A stretch of DNA of 62,418 bases, the filler included, from Choristocarpus tenellus KU-1152 (taxonomy: Eukaryota; Protista; Phaeophyceae), in the NCBI GenBank assembly GCA_964200185.2. It is 12 parts of 12 records of this genome, joined end to end, with 100 filler letters (N's around TTAATTAATTAA, not from the genome) between each part and the next. Parts side by side here need not be neighbours in the genome. Positions count along the whole stretch, not along the records: positions 1 to 7,853 come from CAXNAD020005492.1; positions 7,954 to 16,942 come from CAXNAD020004110.1; 10 more parts are not named here. The stretch is one strand, 5' to 3'. A program made the translations under genes and the position numbers. Below, one piece after another: positions 1 to 12,275 of the stretch. The notes under the pieces are model-generated. The model worked only from the letters and a program-made list of their open reading frames with translations, did no database searches and was not told the origin of the DNA. Every line of letters starts with the position of its first letter. The stretch's first letter is position 1.

Positions 1-3000
1 GTCTTGTGGTCCGCTTCTCAAACCGCTACTGCTTGACTCAAATTATCTATGCCACCATCCAGGGTGATGTGGTGAGGAAAGATTCAGGACCCTCCCCTCA
101 AATCGATAGCATCGTACTCGATTCTCTCCACTCCGCAATTTACTTCAATTGTCACAACCTAGAGATGCATATAATCCTGAATTTGGTGGTTGAAGGGAGG
201 GAGGGTGGTCGGATCTACAACCCTGTATGGTTTTTAACCGAGTCTAAGAAGCCTTCGTGACGACCTCACCATACAGAGTCATGTCAGCACTACCTGACTG
301 TGACTCTGATGTGTGGTTTGGTGTATCGGTGTATCTACAGCATGTAGGAGTCGTATTCACACCAGGCATGACTCTTATAGAAGACCCTTCTCACCAACTA
401 TGTTGTAGAAATGCCTTGTCTACAACATTACACTTCTCAATTGTGGGTTAACCCAAAGATGCCTCGTGCCCGTCAAACTACGCTTCTCGCAAAATGTTAC
501 AAAACCTCAAGTGCATGTGCGCAGCATCTTCCGCAGAGCTCCCCCGCTATGGTGTGAAGGTTGGACTTAAGAACTACTCCGCCGCCTACTGCACCGGTCT
601 TCTGGTGGCACGCCGACTTCTCCGCTCGCTTGTAAGCCTTGTCCCAACCTCCTCTTCCCGCTGCTGTTCTCTCTCACTTCGTTAGATTTAGTGTTACTTC
701 AAGGGTTTGCGTACTACTACCAGGAAGAGTAGCAAAGTCGTGTTTTTTTTTTTTCCGCTCTTGTTTGCCTATTGTCAAGCCGGGGCAAGAAAAGAAAATG
801 CTTGGAGATTTCCTGGGTTTTATACGGTGATTTTCTGTGGTTTGCTGTGTTACACCCCTGCCCTTCTCTGTGCTGTGCTTGGGTTGGCTTGACCAAGAGG
901 ATTTGCCCTTGTTCTAGTTTGTGGGAGTGTGGTATGTGTTGAGCTGTTGAATCTTGGAGTTCGTTTCTTGTTTCCGTTTGATTTTTCTTGAATCCATCTT
1001 TGCATTTTTTTTCAGTTGGACTAGTGAAAAAGAATATCCTTACTGTTGCGCTAAACGCAGGTGTGAGTGGAGTGTTTTTTTTACTCATCACGTGTTTTTG
1101 TAAAAATTCTTTTGCTTTCCTGCTGGGGTGTAACCAGGGCATGGATGAGAAGGATGAAGACCAAAAGCTGGAGAACATGTATAAGGGACAGGGGGTTGGT
1201 GTGGACGACGATGAGGGGGATGATGATGATGATGATGATGATGAGGATGGGGAGGCAGATGGACAGGTGTTCTAAGGGGGTTGTGTTCGTATGAATTTGT
1301 TGGTTTAGGTGGGGTGCTGGTTATGGAGGGAGGCTGGTTGCCATGGTTTTGTGTGATCGATATGTTCTATTAGGGAGGTACATCGTTGAGGCGGAGTTGT
1401 GCTCTCGTCTTTGTTGCCTTCTGATGTTTTTGACAATGTCATGTTGTCACCTCGTGAGTTTTGGGAAATGATTTTCTCCTGGTACGATGTGGTGGAAGTT
1501 ACCTGCCAGTTGAGATATGGATGTCACAGCATGGCTGAGAATGAGCCATCCTGTGTGTGAGAGGTTTGTGTTGTTTCTGATATTTCTATCCCATAGCTTG
1601 TTGATGATTTTTGTACTCAGAATGTGTTTAATGAACTCTTTTTTTTTTTAATGTCCGTATCTAGAACGGTTATATTTTTTCGATTTTTGTAAGGTTGAAG
1701 CGGCGTTGGTGGTGTGAACTGTGATTGTAATCTCTTCTATCGTTTTGGTTGTTTTGGATGTGTGGTTTTTATGGAAACATGGAAAGGTGTATCTATGCTC
1801 GAATGTCCCTTCTTAATCTCCACAACCAACTCTACCCCATCACTGACCTCTCTCGAGGGATAAATACCAAAAGTGCAGTTACTTCTCTTGTGCAATTTTC
1901 ATGTTTGTAAATTTGTTTGTTTCAGGTGGTGAAGTGTGAGATGAAAGGCCGTACGTACTATGTGGATGAAGTTGATGAAGATAGGCGTCCTTTCCGAGCT
2001 CTTCTTGATGTTGGTATCCGCTCCACCTCAACCGGGTGTGTGTTATTTGTCGTGTGACTTGTGAGGATGGTGTTGAAGGGGTCTGTTTAGCTACCGTGGG
2101 ATCGTTTTGCCGGATGAGGGGATGGTCCACAGTTTCGCGAGTTTTTGTTTTTGACTGTTTAGCAACCATGGGATCATTTTGCTGGATGAGGGGATGGCTC
2201 GCCTTGTCTTGAGTTTTCGTTATTGACTTCTTAGCACACTTGCGTGGTTAGGTTGTGTACTGTGGATGGATTCCTCTATAGATTTGGACAGAGTGAAGAA
2301 TGATGTGGACCCTATTGAAATCACAATGGAAGTGCATGTCGAGAGTATGCATGTCCTGGAGAGATGGTTTCTAATATTTTATTTTATTTTATTTTTATTA
2401 TTTTTTTTGTGCTTAGATGGAGCAATGGCAAGCCGTTTTTTTTGTGACATGAACGTGAAGGTGTCCTTTTGTGTCTGGCTTGTGATTATCCTCGTTAGAA
2501 TGGCAGTGCTGCATGAGATGAGTGGTGGGCATGGTTTAAAAAGGAAAAGCTCTTCCGAAACTTTTTGTGGTGAGATGATTGAGTATACTGTGTTGAATTG
2601 CAAGCCTGAGTACAAGCAATGTATTGCATGCATGCCTCTCCAAACTAAAATGCTTGTCCTTCTTCCACTCTCCCTTAACATTCCTGTTAAATTATGTCCC
2701 TTTTGTGTATCTCTTCCTAACCTGTGAACATCCAGCAACCGTGTGTTTGGATGCATGAAGGGTGCTACCGATGGCGGTCTTGATGTGCCTCACAATGAGA
2801 AGAGGTTCCCTGGTTATGACAGGGACACTAAGTCATACGATGTGAGGATGGTTATTTCCATGCTGTTTATCTTTTGGTGGTCTGTTAATAGAGGAGGGAG
2901 CTTGTAGTGATGGAGTTGTGTAGTCTCTTGCACCTCTGGTGGTGTACTCTGATAAAAAAAAAAATTCTTTGACCATGTGCGAAGAGGCGTATGTTCAGTG

Positions 3001-4218
3001 TGTTACGAACTTTTGAGGATGACGTTCTTCTATGGAGGTTTGCTGTGGTAGGTTGAAGGTCTTATTTTTCTTTGTATTGTTGTTTGGGTGTGTGCTGTTC
3101 GTGTGTGTTAATGTCTAGATGTTTACATATTTTGAACAACACCCATGTTTTTGTGGCACAATAATTATGTTTTTTTGCATGTCTTTTGAAAAATATTTTG
3201 CTGGGCAAACACAGATTGTGACTGAGATTGGATAAAAGCGTGAGTCCATTGTATACATGTTAGTCTTACTGTCCAGGTCATCCTGTTGAAGTAGTTGACA
3301 CTTTATTGATCCCTTCTCCCCTTCCGTACATGCTATATTGTCAACCAGTTTTTTTGCGAGTCCATGGTATATCAATAGTCTTACCCTCCACGTCATCCTG
3401 TTGCTGTAATTGAAAATCTATTGATATCTCCTTTCCTTCTGTACATACTATGTTATCAACTTTTTTTTTCTTACTCTTTCTCCTCCTTGCTCCTCGGTCT
3501 TTGTTGGACCTGATTTGCCTTCCTCTATGTTTTCATCACCTTGAAAGGCGGAAGTCCACCGTGATCACATCTATGGTGCTCATGTGGCTGAGTACATGGA
3601 ATACCTGATGGAGGAAGATGAAGCCAAGTACAAGGAGCACTTTGCCGAGTACATTGCTGAGGACATTGACAATGACGGAGTGGAGGAAATGTACAAGGAA
3701 TGCCACAAGGCTATCCGTGAAGACCCTTCCCCTCCTCCCAAGAAGGCCTACACTCCCGACAAGTCCTTCAAGAATGCGGTATGTTCTGTATATTGCTGGA
3801 AGGTTACTCTTGATGAAGAAAATACATTTCCAGATTGTTGCTCTGCCTGTATCTTGGAGTGTGTTATGTTCTTCAATATGAACCTACCAGTCTTTTCTGA
3901 AAGATGTACGTACTCTAGTGTATCCTATTTGTTTTTATTAATTTTTTCTAAACTGTTAACCGTTTTTTGAGACGTGCTCTTGTATTGGTATTCTGATATT
4001 GCTCCCACTTCTTGGATGTACCTCGTTTGTTCTTTCTACCTGTAGGGTTTGGATCAGACATTCATGTGCCGTTGTCTTGACCTTTTTGAAACTGTTTCTT
4101 GCTTTTTTTTTGTGGTCAGGTGCGTCTCTCATACGACGCCCGGAAGGCTCGTGTTGAGGAGAAAAAGGCAGCCCTTAAGGCTGCCAAGGAAGCTGAAGAT
4201 GATGATGATGATGAGTGA
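1..4218 (+). CDS. RPL5: 60S ribosomal protein L5 (uL18), 5'-truncated. Exons <1-71, 512-631, 1138-1266, 1926-2035, 2736-2841, 3548-3778, 4120-4218
   Basis: All introns are GT-AG with matching phases. The spliced translation carries uL18 motifs: [93 protein letters not shown]. Stop TGA at 4216-4218. Confidence 0.97.
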
Positions 4219-5566
4219 GGAGATTCTTACGCTCTCCGGCACTCTTTAAGTTTGTCTTTCATTAAAGACGGTTTTGGGAGCGCGGGATGGTAGAGAGGAA
4301 GTCGGGGAGGACTGATGACCAGCAATTGTCCTCGTGTACGTTATTTCTTTGCAGAGTCTGTGCAACGTAAACCCACTCTTTGGTGGGATAGATACCTTTC
4401 AGTGGTGAACCCTGTGGTGGGGTTTTTTGTCGCCACGAAGGCGTCAGTCGCAAGGCTGACGCTTGCTGCCGAGCTAATGAAAAGGCATAAAACTTGATTA
4501 TTTACATTTATTTTTTATGGGCATTGCGATAAGAGTGTGCTGCTGTGCGTGCGAATGGTCCTCTTACGTTTGATGCTTCTTGAGTGTTTTGTCTTGACTC
4601 AGGCTCAGGTAGGTTCAGGTATATTACGTCGGTTGGACGCTGTAAGACCCATTTAACACTATTAGTTCTCCTCGAGAAGGGGCTGATGGAGGGGTCACCT
4701 CCGCTCAGGTATGTGCTTCCTCAAGTCCTGAAGGTATACTACTTCAAGGTGTATGATCGGTTCATACTATGTAGGATCTCTACGCCAAGGTTGGTCTCCT
4801 CTTGATTCGTACATACATAAGAAACGCTGATCAAGTGTGTTGGTGAGTCTCCCACAAGACCAAAGTGTGCAGACAACGAGACAGATCAAATATAGGCAGC
4901 TTCAGTTTCTGTTATGGAGACGGTGAGATGGATGATGTTCCACGACACATACTTTTGGTGTAGTGCTGCATATTATGGTGCACCTTTAATGATAGGAGTT
5001 TATGTAAGTGTCTTACCAACAGGTGAACAGGAACTAGAGAGTTGACCCAAGTGCATGATCGCACACCTACTTAGTGGAGCCTACTGTATGCGCTGCATGT
5101 TTTTGCTGGCACAGGTATCCGTGCTTGTACAAGACACGCATAGGTCACAGTAGAAACATGAGTTACAATAGACCAAGATTTTTCTTGATGGTACTAAAAT
5201 GCTAAAATTTTTGATTTGATTGAAACATGGTATACCTTGGGGTGTGGGTGTTACGCATTACCGGACCCTGCCTACTCCTCCCTTTTCCCATCTATAAATT
5301 CATCATGATGCCTCCAACAGCACAATGTGCGAGGCATTATTGGTTGTCGATGACAGGTCCATGCTGGTCTCCTCCTTTCCCTGGCTTGTTTGGGTAACCA
5401 GTCAGTATCCTTTTCTTTTTCTAATACGTACTAATACTAATACTTTGAGAAGTAAAAAATAAATAAAAGAGTGCAGTTCAGCATCTCAAAACACAGGATC
5501 TCTTGAACCCAAAGTTGCTCGCTGAAACCCAGAGTGACATTTGGTAGGAATCTGTTTTTGTAGAGT

Positions 5567-5770
5567 TTGTTGAAATGAGAGCTGTTACGAGTGTGTTGTA
5601 CCCACCTCTCCGTGATGATGATGCCTGTGTTGTGTTGTTATAACCCCGTCTTTTGTGTGTTAACCGTTGAATTGTTGAAATGAGAGCTGTTATGCGTGTG
5701 TTGTACCTACCTGACCGTGACGATGATACCTGTGCTGTGTTGTCATACCCCCCTGTCTTTTGTGTTAACC
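5567..5770. repeat. Tandem duplication of ~104 bp between RPL5 and LSG1
   Basis: Two copies beginning TTGTTGAAATGAGAGCTGTTA. Confidence 0.85.
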
Positions 5771-6749
5771 TCTGTTGTTTTCTGTAGTACTACTACCGCT
5801 ACCACTACTCATCATTCTGTAAATGTTCTCAAGTTTTAGAATCTAATAAAGGACTTGTGACATTCCATCCCTTTCAATCAATCTACAAGCAACTGATATC
5901 ACAATCAAGGAAAAAAAAAATCAATTGTTCCGTTACTCACAAAATCTCTTCTATTTCGAGCACCAGGACCCTTAAGAACAGGAGAACCTCATGCCCACAA
6001 CACATGACAATGAATCTGCCTGATGTCTGTGTAGGCTTTGGATCTCGAGACCTTGGGAAGCGGAAGTCCATCTGGTGTGCAAGTCCTCCCACGTATAATC
6101 TACGGCAATGAGCCTTTCTTGACTAAAGCATGGGCAGTAGTCTGTCTCAGAAAGTAGTTGCAGGAGATGGTGCTTCTGGCAGTAAAGAAATAACACAGAA
6201 ACAATGATCAATTGTGTCCTTTGGTAACCCCTAACCACCCAGGTGGCGCTTTCGATGTGGTGCTACATGTTTGATATGTCTGCTGAATGCACCCTTTGAC
6301 TCAATCCCAGTAAAAAGTATTTTTGAGCCGATTGAGGTTACACCTGTGACATACTTCGATTTACAACAATGTAATACCTCTCCATAAACGCCTGGGCATC
6401 TATCACAGAAAAAGGATCACAATCTATTTGTACTTTGTACTCTGGAGGAAACAGGCAGCAAGAACATAAGGGCGAACAAGCGAGCCCCGCTGCTCCTTGC
6501 AAAAACAAACAAGTGAGGAGTCTCTACCTGCCAAAATTTATCAATTACAAACTCAACTTGTCACTTTCCTTACTACTGTCAAAATCCGCAACACACTCAC
6601 ACAAGCACAAACAGGACCTTTCCAAAAACACACAATGCCAACAATTAAAATAACACACATTCAGTAACTGACAACCAGATTACCACAGTGAACCTCCAAA
6701 AAAACAAACACACAACACATAATATGTAATACTTGTATGCCTATCACAA

Positions 6750-7853
6750 TCAAGCAGAGGGCCCTTGATACGTATGGTGGTGGGGCAGCGTTACTCTAGT
6801 AAACTGATCCCTCTTCTTCCCTCGATGGCCTTTCTTACCCCCCCCTGCTACCATGGCCCCAACCGACACAGTTCCTGTGAGGCTGAGATCATCGTATGGA
6901 TTCTTGTTCTCCACCTTGTGCCCTTTCTTGCCCCACCTCAGCAGACCCATTTCTCGCTTCGTCGGCTTTGACCGTGCGCTACCACTTCCTGCCCCCCCTT
7001 TCCCAACACCTGGGATGCCTTCTTGAGACAAAGGCTGTGATGCCAACCCTGCAGCAACCGCCTCCTCTGTTGCAATATACCTTGCTTCCAACGCCTCGGC
7101 CATGAGGTCAATGTCGTCAGACTCCAGCACCACCTCTGCTGCAATGCCAGTGCCTGCTGTACTACCTCCTGCACCATTGTTGCTCTCAGAGCTGACGGAG
7201 ACCCCTCCCGTGCCTCTGCCAGAGACCCTCGCAGATGCAATTGAGGATGCCTTATTGAGCTGTGCTTCGAGTTTCACGGCTAGCCTTGTGGATCTCAGGG
7301 AAGTCTTGTCCGTCTCCCTCAGGAATTGAGTTGTGGCCTGCACAAGCAAATGGCCAGAAGAAAGGCAGGGACTCGTTCGTAAAACAAACGCTCTAAGCTT
7401 TGACAGAGCTAGGGCACCTAACTCATAAATGGGCACTTTAAGCCTCTCTACTACTTTATATATATATATTTTAGGATGGAAACCGTTTCTGTCCTACTGA
7501 GGGACCAAAGAAGATGACAATTTATGAAGCCAGGAGTCCAATTCCGTTTTTTTTTTTTCTAGTGTTTTTTGCACGAACCCTACTACCCACCGTGGGATCC
7601 AAGTCCGGTGGGGCATGGCAGTATAGCAGTCGACCATCAGTATAGTCCTTGAGAACAATCCTCGCACCCCGAGGAAGATCTAGATCTCCCAGTGCCCTTG
7701 GCCGGAACAGGCTACGGGCCTTGCAGAAGGCTGAGAGGAGCTCCTGAGCTGTCAGAACTGCCCTCCCACTGGAATCTCGCTCAGCCTCTTCAGGTACAGG
7801 GAGCTTGATGGTGTAGGCCAGCTCGAGGATGTGGCGGGGGACCCGTCGGGCAA
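6750..7853 (-). CDS. LSG1: Large-subunit GTPase 1 (LSG1/GNL1 family), 3' part. Exons >7853-7591 and 7337-6750
   Basis: Exon 7853-7591 reads RRVPRHILELAYTIKLP...TAQELLSAFCKARSLF...GDLDLPRGARIVLKDYTDGRLLYCHAPP, matching the LSG1 post-G-domain motif (ARxILKDYxxGKLLYCxxPP). A phase-0 GT-AG intron leads to a last exon with a basic WGKKGHKVENKNPY tail. Confidence 0.88.
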
Positions 7854-8957
7854 NNNNNNNNNNNNNNNNNNNNNNNNNNNNNNNNNNNNNNNNNNNNTTA
7901 ATTAATTAANNNNNNNNNNNNNNNNNNNNNNNNNNNNNNNNNNNNNNNNNNNNGTGCACTTTTCCGGGTAAGAGCCAAAAGGAAAACCCTTGTATAGAAC
8001 CCCCCCCCCCCCAGATACTTTGAGCCAAGGATACAAAAAATAACAAAGTTTTGAGTATAGTAATAAAACAATAACTATTATTATTACGTGGTGCTATTTA
8101 CAGCATGTTGATGGGGTTGGAGTACATTGCAGAGACAGCAACATGTACACCATGGGGTGGCCTCCATGTACTGATTGGCCAAAACAAATGCAAACAAATG
8201 TTTCAGAAAGAGGAAAGCTTCTTATTTACATTTTCTTTGGGGGAAACATGACAGGATCATCCCTTCTTCTCTTTCCCCCGAACCAACATGTGCCTCCGGC
8301 CATCAAAGACTCACCAACTCCCCTGAGGTACTTGAGGTACACGAGTCCTTGCCTAGTGATGAGGAATTATCCTTCCATTCACTCAATTCAAAGTAGTTTT
8401 CCCCTTCCTCCTCGTAGAATACCGTATCACCCATAGCCTGCTCTTTGCCATATGATTTTCAGGATGGGGGCAGGTGGACAGAGCAGGGAGGAATAAATAC
8501 ATCCACACCTCGTAGCTCATGGCATACTTGCATTTGGGTGGGTATACGGATTGTGATCATGATGTATTCGAAGCAAAAAATATTTATCTCTATATTCCTA
8601 TTGTTTAGTTATTTGTGTACTTGTCATTACATTTTGGAGGGAGAGCACAATTCAAAACATTGTACATGTCATTACACATCTGACCGCGGTACTTTCCCCA
8701 CCCATCCACCCCACTAATTCAATCTCGCCACTGTTACCTTTATCCCTCACAACCCCTCTAGGACCTTGACCTTGCCGCCAAACGTATAGACACTGTGCAG
8801 CAGCATCAACATTACAACTGTTTGCTTGTTTGCTTGTTTGCTTGCTTGCTTGCTTGCTAGCTTTTCAAGGCATTGTATGTAATGACATGTTTCCTCTGGC
8901 TGGATGATGTCAATTGTCTTCTCATGCATTGATTGATCCTGCTCCAAGTCAGTTACC

Positions 8958-11900
8958 TTTCTGTCAGTGGGTCGAATGCCTTTAACCAGCATATCACGGA
9001 GGCGGGCATTCTCGTCCCTCAATGACTGGAACTCTTCACGTGATCCCCCGGCCCCAACACTGCTGCATTCTGCTGAAACCTATTTTTGATGATATAAAGT
9101 GTGTACAGTGGTTGGGGGTTGTACTGTGCCTCAACATGCGCTCACCGAGGTAGACATCTATCGTAGATAAGGGCTGCACATCTCACAGACTTTTGTCCTC
9201 TGTGCCTGATCCTTGACAACAATCCCCGACATACTCCTTTGGACCAGCCCTAGACTCCAATGCAAACTCAAGACCAACGTTAATCCAAGTCTAGCCCTGC
9301 ATTTGGTTGGGGTCTTTTGTCCAAGGGTCATTATTCTGCATCACCAACAAGGAATTGGTGACACGACCCCAGATTTGCTCAGACTATCATCCTGTCAAGT
9401 GAGAAAAAAATAAAACTCCAAACTCATTACAAGCGCCTCTCACTTTTTCACACAATGATATTTCATAACTATTAGTATCCAAAGTGTTCCAGTAGCTTAG
9501 GCACTCAAAACTACTATAGGTCCGGTTTTGGTTGAATTTACCACCCCCCATTAATGCTCTCTGTACGGAATCGCTTTGGAGTAGGACGAATGTACAGAAA
9601 AAATGTACTATACAGCCTCTGGTTACAAGCAGTCTCTCAAATTTTATGGCTCAAAGTATCTGGGGGGGGGAGGGGTTCTACACCAGGGTGTCCATTTGGG
9701 CCTTGACCAGGAAAAGTGCACTTGCATTATCCATACGACACATGCAACCAAATCATCCAAAAATTGTGACATGGAAAAATTGGGCCTAAATGGACAGCCG
9801 CCACCCCCCACCAGATACTTTGAGCCTATTCCCCTCCAAGCCACTAAACCTAGACCAAGCAAAAGGCTCAAACAATATCAACATTATCAAACAGTATCAA
9901 CAGTATCAACAGTATCAACAAAGACGAGTCAAACATGAATCCCCCTATCCAGTGTAAAAGGCTTCCTCACCTCTACTTCCTCCAGAAGTTGGTTGTAGCT
10001 TTTTGTCATCTCTGCCAGATTTTCTTGAGCCTTGCCTAGATTCCCCTTGCATCTCTCATATCGCACCTTCTCTTCATCAAGCAAGATCACGGTTGCCTTG
10101 TGATTCTCCTGCAGCAGCGGGTGGAATAGATTCGTACACTTGTTCATTCATGAACATCATGAGGGAATACTCCTATATCATCAACGAACTATTGGAACGG
10201 CTTGGAATCAGTTGCATCTAGTTGGTTGTACTTCATCGGTTTTTTGGTAAGACAGAGGAGAGGCCAAGACATGAAGCCCAGGTGATAGATGATGGTCAGC
10301 AGCCAATTGTTGATTGGTGTACTGGCTGGTTCATTTGAGAAAAAAAGAAGATAGGTTCCTGTTTCCCCCCCTTTTTTTTTTAAGTGTAACCACAAAGTAG
10401 TGATGACTGCCTCATCTTGATCCTGGAATGTTCTCATAGAGGTACAGCTGCATATCACGATAAACCAACCTTCACACTTTGTTCATTGAACTCAAATAAA
10501 AATTATGGGGGAAAAGAGGATCCTTGTCTCGAAGCTGGTGCACTGTTGTGCGAGTCAAGACAACACAAAAAAAAATACTCTGAGTATATAACTGTGTGCA
10601 CATTGGCACCCGTAACCGTAACTGAAGGAGCACAATATTTCTCGATTTTTTCCCTAGTGGTAATGACACCAACTCCATCCCTGATCAAGTCAGATTGATA
10701 AAACATGTGTTATTTGTTTGCTGGTTGGCTGGTCGTGTACCTAACCCTAGCCCTAACTTACCAACCGTGGTGGTCAACGAAATCTACATTTTTTTTTCCA
10801 GAAACAATAACCCTATTTTCACAGCCCATGTTGCCCGTTTCATAGGTGTTCTAGATTGTTCTAACTTGTGGTCGAAGGGTTTTCAGTGTTTCTCGTTCAG
10901 ACCAACTTGTAGGTTCAAAAAGCCCACACAAACTCCAGTACGGTGTTATTGCATCTGCACACAGGCAGTTACTTCACTGTGATACTCCTCGCATAAAGAG
11001 CACACATGATCCCCATGTACAACCATGATTCTACCCAACTTGCTTATTGAAGGAGGAACTTAATGCCCGTGTAGTGAGGTATTGGATGGAGCACTGCTTG
11101 GAATCGGTCTGTTTTTGTGAGGGTACTCGGGGTTCTCTCGTTCTAAGCTTTCACCTGCTCGGCTTCAAGTGCCTCCATAATGTTAGTGCACTTCTGTTCC
11201 TCTTCCTTCATTCTTGATCGAGTCCTCCCTACACTCTCTTCCATCCTCATGTACTGAGTGCATGCCATTAAAAGGCAAGGGGGAGTCAATTGCATGCCTG
11301 GTGAGAGGCATCTATGATACATTCAAATGGAAAGGAGCGGTTTTTGTTGTATTGTAAAGGAAGGGATTGTTGAATTTTCAAACCTACTTGTTCGGATATA
11401 TTGGAGAAATCATGGGTAGACTATATTTTGCAAGTGCTTTTTTCAACCCAGGTGTTCAGTTGAATGCGGACACTACCAATTCCCTATTCAACCCCCTGGC
11501 AGTCGCCAATCAGCCAATCACAAGATGACAATAAATATATAAGAATATATCATCGAAGGAAGACTAACATGTCACTCTTACCTAGCCCCTACACCAATCC
11601 CAACCCCAACTCCTACCACATTCCTAGTCTAAACCCTTCCACTTTTACGATTTCAATGGAAGTTATACTGTATTCTGAGGCACTGCTTTGAAGTACCAGG
11701 TTTATACAGTTACTACAAAGGATTAGTGAGGTACACCTGTAGTCCACATAGAACTAACTCGCATGTAATTGTGGAGACTAGCAGGTGCTAGAACCTTTAT
11801 CACAATGCTCGTTAGGCACCTTTATCACAGGTAAGAAGACCGTACAGCTCAAGCTGTTCCAAATTAGAGACGGACCATATTGAGAAGCAAAATTTCGCAC

Positions 11901-12218
11901 GACCCTGGCACATATTAGCACAAGCATTTCAAGTGTACCTCAGTCTTCAGCTTAGAAATTTCTCGATCTCGGATGTGCACTTCCTCTTCCCTCCTTCCAA
12001 CTTCTTCTCGGATAACCACCTTCAACCTTGCCACCTTTGCCTCCAGCACAGGAATTACCTCCATATCTTTGTCCTGGATCAGAGGCAATGCCTGGGGTCA
12101 AGATCTAGAGTCCCAACATGGAGTTGCAGCCCTCTGATCGATCAAAGTAATTGGTGCATTATATTCAGAAATAGAAAAAACGTTTTTCTGCTCAGTAAAT
12201 CAAACAGGAAGAGAGATG

Positions 12219-12275
<57 letters not shown>

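Noticed and set aside
72-4119. Intronic snoRNAs in RPL5
   Set aside because: No convincing paired C/D boxes with terminal stems seen by eye. The short duplications at ~2094-2200 and ~3277-3470 look like ordinary tandem duplications. A snoRNA scan would be needed to exclude them.
7898-7909. Recurrent TTAATTAATTAA palindrome as a biological motif
   Set aside because: Always centred in identical N blocks; it is an artificial six-frame-stop linker.
6750-9079. ORF 6750-7436 as the last exon of the coiled-coil gene
   Set aside because: It splices in frame to the LSG1 exon at 7591-7853 and lies on a different contig.
9532-9938. Recurrent small ORFs containing SKYLGGGG / PPPPRYFEP
   Set aside because: These are translations of the non-coding MITE TIRs, not a protein family.
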